Position numbers and translations under genes: made by a program. Shown here one piece after another: positions 47,632 through 55,581 of a DNA stretch of 64,000 nt. How positions within the stretch are numbered: the first letter of the stretch is position 1; each line of letters starts with the position of its first letter. Under the pieces are notes generated by a model. It searched no databases. It was given only the letters and a program-made list of their open reading frames with translations, and was not told the origin of the DNA. This DNA comes from an uncultured Thermoplasmata archaeon (GTDB taxonomy: Archaea > Thermoplasmatota > Thermoplasmata > Lutacidiplasmatales > UBA184), in NCBI GenBank assembly GCA_963730815.1, contig CAVSTD010000011.1, positions 117,470 through 181,469 on the forward strand, written 5' to 3'.

Positions 47632-48828
47632 TCACTTCTTCGCGACGATTCGGACGACCGAATTCGGCCCCAGGGGATGGTCGGCCGCCATCGCACGATG
47701 GGTCCGTCCGTCGATGGCGCGAAGGAAGTGCTCGCCGAGATCGGTGTGGACCCGGTACGCCACGGCCCGCACGGGGGTATTCGCCGGCACCAGGAACGCG
47801 TCGGGAAGAACCCGCCCCTTGCTGTCCGTCCAGTGGGTCTCGTCCTCGACCGGATAGACCACGATCATGCCGAGCCGAGAGTAGACCATCTGTTCCAGCG
47901 CCTGCTGGACGCCGGTCGAGCCCCACGCCGAGAGGATCGCACGAATTCCATCGAGCGCCCTTTGCTGCGGAGGAGAAAGGCGTCCGGGATCCTTCACCTG
48001 GAAGGCCGGATCGCCCGGGCGATACTCGAGCAGTCCCGAGCGGGACGCTCGACGGAGCGTGAGCTCCGCATCGGCCGCCGTCGGCACGGAGGGGATCGGC
48101 GCGATCCGTACCGCAAGCGCCTCCGCTTCCGTCTTGGAAACCCGGTCGCACTTATTCGCCGTAACGAGGCGAGGTTTCGAGACCTCCAGCAGCTGTCGCG
48201 CGAGTTGAGAGCGGTCCTCTTCCTTCCATCGGGCGGGGTGCTCCCGCTCGACCGTAGAGCCGCGGAGGACCGCGGCGATGACGTTGGGAGAGATTGAAAG
48301 TCCGGTCAGTCGTTCGGCCAAAAAGTCCTCGACTTTCTTTCCATCGAGCTCCGTTCCCCGCGCGTGACGAAGGAAATCCCGACTCAAGATCTCCGCGACC
48401 CAGGCGACCAGCTCGTCCTCGAGCCAAGTCACTTCCTCGGCGGGGTCGTGGCTACCGGGTTCGGCGAGTCGTCCCTCTTCGTCCGTCGCCCCGGAAAGGT
48501 CGACGACTTGAATGAACCCGTCCGCGGCTCGCAGGTCGTCCAGGAACTTGTGTCCCAGACCCTTTCCCGCATGCGCCCCCGGGACCAGGCCGGGGACGTC
48601 GACCAGGTTGACGGGGACCCATCGGGTTCCCTCCACGCACTTCGCGTTTCCGGGGGTGCACGCCGTCCCTTTTTCAACGTGTGGGCACGGGGCCCGGATC
48701 GCGGCGACCCCCCGGTTGGGACTGACCGTGGTGAACGGGTAAGGGGCCATCGGCACGTCGAGCAGCGTGAGCGCGTTGAAGAACGTCGATTTCCCGACGT
48801 TGGGTTTGCCGACGATCCCGATCTCCAT
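47632..48828 (-). CDS. ychF: YchF/OLA1-type GTP/ATP-binding protein with TGS domain
   Basis: MEIGIVGKPNVGKSTFFNALT...PYPFTT...DVPGLV. Confidence 0.9.
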   Translation of the reverse strand: MEIGIVGKPNVGKSTFFNALTLLDVPMAPYPFTTVSPNRGVAAIRAPCPHVEKGTACTPGNAKCVEGTRWVPVNLVDVPGLVPGAHAGKGLGHKFLDDLRAADGFIQVVDLSGATDEEGRLAEPGSHDPAEEVTWLEDELVAWVAEILSRDFLRHARGTELDGKKVEDFLAERLTGLSISPNVIAAVLRGSTVEREHPARWKEEDRSQLARQLLEVSKPRLVTANKCDRVSKTEAEALAVRIAPIPSVPTAADAELTLRRASRSGLLEYRPGDPAFQVKDPGRLSPPQQRALDGIRAILSAWGSTGVQQALEQMVYSRLGMIVVYPVEDETHWTDSKGRVLPDAFLVPANTPVRAVAYRVHTDLGEHFLRAIDGRTHRAMAADHPLGPNSVVRIVAKK

Positions 48829-48850
48829 CTGGCGTATCCCCCAGCCCGTG

Positions 48851-49426
48851 TCAGGCCGAGTAGTCCGGGGCTACCTCGGTAACTCCGAGGGCCCGATTCA
48901 CCGCGAGCGCGAGCGCGAACAAGAGGCCGCTCAATCGATTGGCCCAGCTCAGGAATTCGGGTCGAAGCGGTTCGGTGCGATGGAGCGACCAGACCTCGCG
49001 TTCCGCTCGGCGGGCGATCGTTCGCGCGACCTGAAGAAGTGCGCCCGGGCGAGTGCCACCGGAGAGGACGAAGGAATGAAGGCGTCCATGAGATGCCTCG
49101 AACTGCTCGATGGTGGCTTCCAACCGAGCCACGTGGCGAGCCTCGATCTGGTGGCTGGGTTTACTCCCGTTCGGAGGGGTGGCGAGCTCGGCCTGAGCTA
49201 CGTAGAGCTCGTTCTGAAGACGGCGAACGATGGTACGTATCTCCGAGAGCTCCGGCGGAAGTTCGACCTCCACGAGCCCGAGGAAAGCCCCGAGCTCGTC
49301 GTAGGTGCCGTACGCGCGGATGCGGGGAGCGTCCTTCTCTATGCGCGAACCGCCGGCGAGAGCGGTGGTTCCACGATCGCCCGACCCGGTATAGAGACGC
49401 GCGATATTCTCGCCTCCGGCCTCCAC
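48851..49426 (-). CDS. ATP:cob(I)alamin adenosyltransferase, PduO type
   Basis: RLYTGSGDRGTTAL.GG.RIEKD...YGTYDELGAFLG...LQNELY...FVLSGG. GTG start. Confidence 0.88.
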   Translation of the reverse strand: MEAGGENIARLYTGSGDRGTTALAGGSRIEKDAPRIRAYGTYDELGAFLGLVEVELPPELSEIRTIVRRLQNELYVAQAELATPPNGSKPSHQIEARHVARLEATIEQFEASHGRLHSFVLSGGTRPGALLQVARTIARRAEREVWSLHRTEPLRPEFLSWANRLSGLLFALALAVNRALGVTEVAPDYSA

Positions 49427-49566
49427 GGCAGCTGGTCCAAAGGAGAGCTGAGACCGTGGACGGGACAGTACGAGATGTGCAGCACCTCATTATGCTTGGC
49501 GTCCTGTCGGCACAGTCGGCAGATGAACCCGCTCCGTTCGCTCCAGGCGATCGCCATCGTCTCCAT
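49339..49566 (-). CDS. possible small zinc-ribbon protein; 3' end unclear
   Basis: METMAIAWSERSGFICRLCRQDAKHNEVLHISYCPVHG (CxxC...CPxH). The first 40 codons have about 82% GC3 by hand count. The last 88 nt overlap the PduO start in another frame. Confidence 0.3.
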   Translation of the reverse strand: METMAIAWSERSGFICRLCRQDAKHNEVLHISYCPVHGLSSPLDQLPWRPEARISRVSIPGRAIVEPPLSPAVRA

Positions 49567-49593
49567 TTTGCAACCTTTCCCTGTTTTCGAGAG

Positions 49594-49992
49594 CTAGCGC
49601 CTGAGGAGCCCCCGTCCCTCGCGGTCGGCCCGGCGTCGTCCGTCTCGTCGTTCCTTCACCGACCGAGCGCGTTCGCGCAGGGCCGGCAGTCGCTCCGAGT
49701 GGGTCCGAGCCAGCTCCGTCAGTCCGAGACTGGTGACGAGAGCGATCGCGCCCTCGAGGTCTCGGGCATAGCCGTTCTCGACGAGCTCTTCGAGCTCCCC
49801 TTGCAAGGTCGGTGGCACCGACACCGATCCCGGTTGGGGTTCGCTCGCGGTTCGTACGAGCGCTCGCACCGCGTCGGAGCGGGTCGAGAGCCCGCGGTCC
49901 CGTTGAAAGCCGTCGAGGAGCGACTCCTCCTCGGAGGTTAGGCGCACTCCGAGAAATCGAATCGCGGGAGCGTCGGCTCGGGCGTTCCGCAC
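49594..49992 (-). CDS. ribbon-helix-helix (CopG family) transcriptional regulator
   Basis: 132 aa. IRFLGVRLTSEEESLLDGFQRDRGLSTRSDAVRALV is a beta-strand / helix / helix RHH pattern. GTG start with a TATA box about 26 nt upstream. Confidence 0.7.
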   Translation of the reverse strand: MRNARADAPAIRFLGVRLTSEEESLLDGFQRDRGLSTRSDAVRALVRTASEPQPGSVSVPPTLQGELEELVENGYARDLEGAIALVTSLGLTELARTHSERLPALRERARSVKERRDGRRRADREGRGLLRR

Positions 49993-50075
49993 GTGTTTAA
50001 CACAAATTTAACACATATTTATGTATTGTGTATTTTTGTTAAACAGCGGGGGGTGCCCCCTTTTGTTAAACAGCG
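49993..50075. promoter_or_regulatory. AT-rich control region: TATA box plus two families of direct/inverted repeats
   Basis: TTTAACAC at 49996-50003 and 50007-50014 (11-bp period). ATAAATAT (minus strand) at about 50014-50021. A perfect 15-mer TTTTGTTAAACAGCG at 50034-50048 and 50061-50075 flanks GGGGGTGCCCCC. GTTTAAC and GTTAAAC are inverted half-sites. Confidence 0.5.
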
Positions 50076-50140
50076 ACGACCCCCGGAGGAATACTCCTGT
50101 GCCACGGTTCTCTCGGCGGGGTTTCCGGTCCACCGAAACG

Positions 50141-50770
50141 CTAGGGCGGCACTTTGGGAGCCGTGCGGTGACGTCGCCACACAACGATCACGAGAGCGAG
50201 CGCCACCACGAATCCCGCGATTGCCGCCTCGTCCAGCGGGCTCAAATTCGATCCCCCCACCCCGACGCGGGAGGGAGGAGTCAGGTTCGAGGGGAGGTTC
50301 TCCCCGAATGCGACGAATCCGTACATCCCATTCTCAAAATGGCCCGACACGTTGCAAACGAATTCGTACCAGCCGGGAGCGGACGGCGAATGGAAAGTGC
50401 CTACGGCCTGGTCGCCTAGGGCGTTGACGACCGAGTAATAGAGCGCGGGATACGTCGCAAAGAATTGGGCCAATTGAGTATCCGTGTCGCCGGTGGGGAT
50501 AACGAAACCCTCCCGCGATGCGATGACGAACGAATGCTGCAACACGTCGTCGTCCGTGAACGTGACGGTGATGGTCGCGTTGGTCGGCACTTGCTGGAAA
50601 GTGCCGGGCTGGTAGCCGTAGTCCTTGGTCGCCGCAACTTGTATCGAACCGGTCGCGGCGGCCGAGCCGCTGGCCCCGGTGTGGCCAGAGGCGGTAGAAC
50701 TGGGAATGACCACGGTCCCCAGTACGAGCAGAACCACGACTGCGAACTTCGCCACACCATTCCACGCCAT
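50141..50770 (-). CDS. membrane-anchored type-1 blue copper protein (cupredoxin, halocyanin/sulfocyanin-like)
   Basis: N-terminal signal/TM (FAVVVLLVLGTVVI). Copper ligands H...C-x4-H-x4-M in YEFVCNVSGHFENGMYG. C-terminal TM anchor. Confidence 0.8.
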   Translation of the reverse strand: MAWNGVAKFAVVVLLVLGTVVIPSSTASGHTGASGSAAATGSIQVAATKDYGYQPGTFQQVPTNATITVTFTDDDVLQHSFVIASREGFVIPTGDTDTQLAQFFATYPALYYSVVNALGDQAVGTFHSPSAPGWYEFVCNVSGHFENGMYGFVAFGENLPSNLTPPSRVGVGGSNLSPLDEAAIAGFVVALALVIVVWRRHRTAPKVPP

Positions 50771-51171
50771 TCGCCTTCCAATCCTTCGCGTTACCGGTGA
50801 AATGAATTTCTCGCTACATAGGCGCTCCGTGAATTACGCCGAAGCGAGTGAAACGGGGCTGGGTTGGACCGGACGAAATCAAACGCGTCGGAGGACTCGC
50901 GAATCCTGAATCGGGTGGGAGGTCCCTCGATCCTCCAGGAGTCCCTCCAAGGCGCGGCGGATCGGGGCGGCGAGCGCTCCTTCGGGGCGGTAGGCTCCTA
51001 CTCGACACTTCGCCGAAGCAGCCTCCGAGATTCCCGTTGACCCAAGATTTAAACCCACGACAAGGGCTGTTTTCAGCCGGCGACCGCGAGGGTGCGACGA
51101 CCCACAGCGCGCAATGCGACATCCGACCGGGGAAATCGCCCACAGTACGTTTCGGAGAGAAGGAGTAGAAG

Positions 51172-52059
51172 GTGTTCCAAGCTCGAACCGACCCTCCGGG
51201 AACACTCGATGTGGGCGCCGTTTCGCGAGACCGCGTCTCCGATTTTGAACAGTGGCGCATTATCACGCTGCATCAACTCGAACACTATCTTCGCACCAAT
51301 CGATTCTATGGACTGCTGGGTTTCGTGGTACTGATCTCGGCGCTGACGCTCGCGGGCCAGGTCGACGCCGGAATCGCTGCGGTCCAGGTCCAACAGCTCT
51401 ACCGAAGCTCCGAGTACCTGAGCAACGGCCTCATGTACACGGGTCTCTGGGTGATTCTCGCTGCAGCGTTCTTCGGCGGCGACGCGTTGAGCGTCGACTT
51501 CTCGACCGGGGCGGGCTACTACATGCTCGTCCTGCCGATCAAGCGGCCGGTCCTTCTCGCCGGGCGCTACGCGGCCGCCACGCTTGTCACCCTGGCCATC
51601 GTCGGCGTGAACTACGTCTTCGACACCGCCGGCGCGATCTACTTCTTCGGGGCTCCCAGCATCCCCTGGGGCCTTTTGGCCGCGTCCTTAGGAATCGCCT
51701 GTTTGTTCGCGCTGGCGGCCCTGAGCGTCGCCTTTTGCGTGAGCGCCTTCGTCCGGTCGCCACCGGCGGGCGTGCTGTTCACGATCCTGGCCCTCTACGT
51801 GGGGTTCACGATCCTGCAAGCGGTCGTGGAATTGGTCGGGGTCGAACCGTGGTTCTCGTTGACCTACGCGGGCGGGGCCATGGCCGCGGTCCTCGACACC
51901 GACTTCGTACATATCCAGAACATTCCGCTCGGAGAGGACCAATACTACACCATCTGGGTCGCGACCGTGAGCGAGGGCCTCGCCATCATGGCCGCTTACA
52001 TCGCGGTCTTCCTGCCGCTGAGCGCCTACCTCTACCAGCGCAAGGAGTCCACAGGTTGA
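51172..52059 (+). CDS. ABC-2 type transporter permease (NosY-like)
   Basis: 295 aa, 6 TM. GTG start preceded by AAGGAG at 6-7 nt. Confidence 0.75.
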   Translation: MFQARTDPPGTLDVGAVSRDRVSDFEQWRIITLHQLEHYLRTNRFYGLLGFVVLISALTLAGQVDAGIAAVQVQQLYRSSEYLSNGLMYTGLWVILAAAFFGGDALSVDFSTGAGYYMLVLPIKRPVLLAGRYAAATLVTLAIVGVNYVFDTAGAIYFFGAPSIPWGLLAASLGIACLFALAALSVAFCVSAFVRSPPAGVLFTILALYVGFTILQAVVELVGVEPWFSLTYAGGAMAAVLDTDFVHIQNIPLGEDQYYTIWVATVSEGLAIMAAYIAVFLPLSAYLYQRKESTG

Positions 52060-52062
52060 ACC

Positions 52063-52992
52063 ATGGGCTCCATCCGAGTTTCCGGGCTATCGAAGACATT
52101 CCGCACGGGCCCGCCCGCGATCGACAATCTCACGTTCGAGTACTCGGGAGCGGGGGCGGTCGGCTGCCTGGGCCCCAACGGCGCCGGTAAGACGACGCTC
52201 CTGAAGCTGCTCGTCGGGTTGCTGCGCCCATCCCAGGGGCACGCCTTCGTGAACGAGATCGACCCGACGGTCGACCGGAAAGGCGCTCTCTGGGACGTAG
52301 GGGCGCTCATCGAGACACCCGAACCGTACCCAACGCTCAACGTGCACGAGGCGCTCGACGCAGTAGGGCGATCCCGAGGGCTCTCCCGCGACGACGTCGA
52401 CCGGGAGATCGACCGCTGTCACGAGCTCCTCGACCTGCCGCCGCTCGGCCACCGGATCGGATGGCTGTCGAAGGGGCAGCGTCAGCGGGTCACTCTCGCC
52501 GCGGCCATGATGGGCGACCCCTCGGTCTTCCTCCTCGATGAACCGACGAGCGGCCTCGACCCGGCCGAGCGGGTTCTGGTGCGCCGGCTATTGAACCGAC
52601 TGAAACGCGACCACCTCGTGCTGATGAGCTCGCATCAGATGCTCGAGGTGACGGAAGTCTGCGACCAGCTGATTTTCTTGGATCACGGACGCGTGCTGCT
52701 GAGGGATCGCGTCGACAAAGTGGCGGCCCGGATCCGTTCTCGGCAAGTGGATGTCGAGTTCGAGCGCCCGATGCCTCAGGACGCGATGGCCACCCTTCTC
52801 GCCGTCGGCGCGCAGATCGTCGCCCTATCCGAGAGACGATGGCGGATCTCCTTCGATGGGAGGGACGAAACAAGGGTTCGGCTCCTCGAGCTGTGCCAAT
52901 CCCTCGGTCCGGTGGTCCAGTTCGCCAATACTTCGCTCGTGCTCGAAGAGGCGTATCTCGAGCTGATCCCCAAGACCGCGGACGAAACATGA
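52063..52992 (+). CDS. ABC transporter ATP-binding protein
   Basis: GPNGAGKTT (Walker A), LSKGQRQRV (signature), FLLDEPTSGLD (Walker B). Confidence 0.92.
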   Translation: MGSIRVSGLSKTFRTGPPAIDNLTFEYSGAGAVGCLGPNGAGKTTLLKLLVGLLRPSQGHAFVNEIDPTVDRKGALWDVGALIETPEPYPTLNVHEALDAVGRSRGLSRDDVDREIDRCHELLDLPPLGHRIGWLSKGQRQRVTLAAAMMGDPSVFLLDEPTSGLDPAERVLVRRLLNRLKRDHLVLMSSHQMLEVTEVCDQLIFLDHGRVLLRDRVDKVAARIRSRQVDVEFERPMPQDAMATLLAVGAQIVALSERRWRISFDGRDETRVRLLELCQSLGPVVQFANTSLVLEEAYLELIPKTADET

Positions 52993-53735
52993 CCGCGGAC
53001 ATCCCTCCGCCGGAAACCTCGTCCTTCCCCGCCAACCCGTCAAGCCCCGAAATTCTCGCTGAGAGACCCGAACAGCACGGGTCGGGAGACCTCGCGCAGC
53101 CAGGGCGTCACGAGGGCCGAGCGCGGGCATTCCGGGAACAACAGACCCAGCGCCGCGGTGGTCGAAGAGAGGTCATCGGGACCTTGCTCGCCGCCGCGAT
53201 CATCGTTCTCGGAGTCTACACGATTGCGACCGCGCACCCGTACTCCTCTTCGTCCTACGACTTTCCCGGCTCCGGGCCCGTGATCACGATCCACTTCGGC
53301 CCGCCGTCCGTCAGTACGGTCTCGTGCGGCTCGGGAGGTACGGCGTACGCCGAGCACATTCCGTGGGCGAACGCCTCCTCCAAGGTCGTCACGGGAGAGC
53401 TCGTCGTGCACGTGTCCGAGATCTGGGACGGAGACTACATCGGCGACCCGGGTGTGGTGGCCAATGCGACCGCCTCCGACGTGTGCGCCGGCCCCCCGCC
53501 TTCTTCGACGTCCATTTGGTACGTCGTACTGGTCGCACCCGATGGGACGAATCTTCTCACGTATTCCGTGGCCAGTTCGTGGAGCTCGGTCTCTCACGGG
53601 GCGGTAAGTATCGGGGTCGCCAACGGCTCGGCCATTGTCCTGGTCACCCACGAATCGCTCGCCGGCACCGGTCGCGGTCTTGAGGTCGTCGGAGAGGTCA
53701 ACGGTTCCTTGATCCGAGGAGTAACTCCGCTCTGA
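52989..53735 (+). CDS. single-pass membrane-anchored extracytoplasmic protein, unknown function
   Basis: ATGA overlap with the ABC ATPase stop. TM segment VIGTLLAAAIIVLGVYTIA is followed by a Ser/Val/Gly-rich beta-rich domain. Confidence 0.6.
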   Translation: MTADIPPPETSSFPANPSSPEILAERPEQHGSGDLAQPGRHEGRARAFREQQTQRRGGRREVIGTLLAAAIIVLGVYTIATAHPYSSSSYDFPGSGPVITIHFGPPSVSTVSCGSGGTAYAEHIPWANASSKVVTGELVVHVSEIWDGDYIGDPGVVANATASDVCAGPPPSSTSIWYVVLVAPDGTNLLTYSVASSWSSVSHGAVSIGVANGSAIVLVTHESLAGTGRGLEVVGEVNGSLIRGVTPL

Positions 53736-53786
53736 GCGGGCCCGCCGCAGCGCGGCGGTCTTCCCTGGGGAGAGTACCGCCGCCCC

Positions 53787-54074
53787 TCAGGGCTGAACCG
53801 AGATCTTGCCGGTCCGACCCATCGAGATTTGCAACTTGCCTCGGAAATCTTTGACCCAGCCATCGGTGATCCGGATCTTCTGACCGACGGTGAATCGCTT
53901 GGTGTCCTCCCCCCACAGGGTGAGGGTGATCGTTCCGGTCTCGTCCTGGAGGGTGGCGTCGGCCACTTGGGAAGCGCCGCGCGAGGTGGTGACGTCTCGG
54001 ACCGCGGAGATGGCGGTGATGGTCGCGTCGATCGTCGCATTCTGGTTCGCTTGCAGGGAGGCAATTCCGGGCAT
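53787..54074 (-). CDS. OB-fold nucleic-acid-binding protein (RPA/SSB-like single OB)
   Basis: 95 aa: ...ATLQDETGTITLTLWGEDTKRFTVGQKIRITDGWVKDFRGKLQISMGRTGKI, a typical tRNA_anti-like OB pattern. Confidence 0.7.
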   Translation of the reverse strand: MPGIASLQANQNATIDATITAISAVRDVTTSRGASQVADATLQDETGTITLTLWGEDTKRFTVGQKIRITDGWVKDFRGKLQISMGRTGKISVQP

Positions 54075-54101
54075 GACGAAGGCGACCCAGACAGGAGGGG
54101 G

Positions 54102-55019
54102 TTAAACAGTCTCCGCTCGCCAGTTTCCCCTCTCCGCCGACGGGGTGCGGTCGATCGGACCCTGGTCGAATCTGGAGGGACGTATCCGTCCCGCGGCGGG
54201 CACGCCGCCTCGGCCTATCCGACCCGAACCGTCCGGGTACTCCGCGGGGAGCGACGGGTATCGCATCCGGAGCTCTTCGAGGGCGGTCACGATCCGCTCG
54301 GAGACATACAGGTCCCGGAACCACTTGCGGTCGGAAGGGACCACGTGCCACGGCGCCCACCGAGTGCTGGTCTTCGTGAGGGCTTCCTCGTAGGCCTTCA
54401 TGTACGTGGTCCACCGAAGCCGTTCCTGGAGGTCGGCCTCGCGGAATTTCCAGTGCTTGCTGGGGTCGTCGAGCCGTTCCTGCAATCTCCGGCGCTGCTC
54501 GCTCCGGCTAATGTGAAGGAAGAACTTGAGAATGGTCGTCCCTTCCTCGGTCAGCATCCGCTCAAAATCGTTGATCTCCCGATATCGCCGTTCCCAGACG
54601 GCTTTGGTGATGAGGCCGTGAACCCGAGGGACAAGGACGTCTTCGTAATGACTCCGATTGAAGAGAACCATCTCACCCAGCGCCGGGAGCTGGGCGTGGA
54701 CCCGCCACAGATAGTCGTGGTCGAGCTCTTCCACCGAAGGTGCCTTGAACGACATGACGCGCACGCCCTGAGGATTGACTCCCTCGAACACTCGTCGAAT
54801 GGTCCCGTCCTTTCCGGCAGAGTCGATCCCTTGAAGGACCACGAGCACCGAGTGTTCGTGCCCGGCGTACAGCAGCTCCTGCAACTTCGCGAGTCGTGCG
54901 GTCAGCTTCTCGAGCTCCTTGCGGCTGTCGGCTTTGGCGCCGTCGAACCCTGACGTGTCCGCGGGGTCCATGCGGCCGAGTCGGACTCGCTCTCCCGGCC
55001 GGACCATGTATCTCTTCAA
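54102..55019 (-). CDS. ppk2: polyphosphate kinase 2 family protein
   Basis: VLVVLQGIDSAGKDGTI (Walker A), DHDYLWRVH, FNRSHYEDV. TTG 55019 is preceded by GGTGA; ATG 55007 is the alternative. The rest of the 492-aa ORF is noise. Confidence 0.85.
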   Translation of the reverse strand: MKRYMVRPGERVRLGRMDPADTSGFDGAKADSRKELEKLTARLAKLQELLYAGHEHSVLVVLQGIDSAGKDGTIRRVFEGVNPQGVRVMSFKAPSVEELDHDYLWRVHAQLPALGEMVLFNRSHYEDVLVPRVHGLITKAVWERRYREINDFERMLTEEGTTILKFFLHISRSEQRRRLQERLDDPSKHWKFREADLQERLRWTTYMKAYEEALTKTSTRWAPWHVVPSDRKWFRDLYVSERIVTALEELRMRYPSLPAEYPDGSGRIGRGGVPAAGRIRPSRFDQGPIDRTPSAERGNWRAETV

Positions 55020-55186
55020 CGATTCACCGGACCTCGTGCGAAATCCCCACCCGGAAGGATGCAGCGCAGCGCGGACAAGAGAATAGCGGCGTCGCTGCCC
55101 GGGCCTGATGGGTTCGAGGAAGGCCCGCGCTCGGCGTAGACGCCCGGCGCATCTCTCTTTTCTCCCTCCGCGGCTTCTGAACTGGG

Positions 55187-55456
55187 ATGGCCGAGTCGGA
55201 GCGATGCGAGCTGCACGAGGTCGCCGTCTTCGGCGGGCGCCCCGAGGCCGAGGAGCTCGTCCGTCTGGCGCGCAGCCCAATCGGAGACGAGTGTCAGATC
55301 TGTTCCGTCTGTCGATCCGCGCGAGAATTCGTGGAGCGACGATTGGCGGAGGAAGCCGGACACGTCCTCCCTCCGGACCAGAACGGCGACGCGGCCTGGC
55401 GGAAGTTGCAGACGGCGATTGCGAACGCCAAACTCTCCGTCCACCGAGCGACCTAG
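55187..55456 (+). CDS. small Cys-containing hypothetical protein (89 aa)
   Basis: MAESERCELHEVAVFGG...GDECQICSVCRSAREFVERRL... Hand-counted GC3 is about 80%, which is coding-like and better than the antisense ORF 55016..55444. A G7CC-TTTT run follows the stop. Confidence 0.45.
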   Translation: MAESERCELHEVAVFGGRPEAEELVRLARSPIGDECQICSVCRSAREFVERRLAEEAGHVLPPDQNGDAAWRKLQTAIANAKLSVHRAT

Positions 55457-55550
55457 ACCCCGGCCCGGAAGGAACGCAGTCCGATCGGGGGGGCCTTTTG
55501 CTCTCCCCTCTCGCTCGCGGGGTTCCGAAATCGGTCCGGGCGGTCCAAAC

Positions 55551-55559
55551 GTATTTTAC
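55551..55559 (+). promoter_or_regulatory. putative TATA box for the beta-propeller surface protein (leaderless spacing)
   Basis: GTATTTTAC ends 23 nt before GTG 55582. Confidence 0.45.
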
Positions 55560-55581
55560 ACCGCGTACGCTCCGCGTCAAT

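Noticed and set aside
50048-50064. GGGGGGTGCCCCC followed by TTTT as an intrinsic terminator hairpin.
   Set aside because: The palindrome leaves only a 2-4 nt loop and a stem of 4-5 bp. Archaeal termination mainly uses oligo-T tracts. I kept it only as part of the repeat-rich regulatory region.
50771-51171. SRP or RNase P RNA, or a small regulator gene, in the GC-rich spacer.
   Set aside because: - GTGAAACGG (50848-50856) matches a 9-mer of the RNase P J11/12 region, but no other conserved region is present.
- The helix-8-like CCCCGAAGGAGCG on the minus strand does not fold into a GNRA-capped stem.
- I translated all six frames and found no recognisable protein domain.
- I could not assign the region.
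55016-55444. 142-aa minus-strand ORF (MDGEFGVRNRRLQLPPGRVAVLVRRED...).
   Set aside because: It is antisense to the 89-aa plus-strand ORF. Its third codon positions coincide with the plus ORF's first positions, and the plus frame has the higher GC3 (about 80%). I treat it as a shadow ORF.
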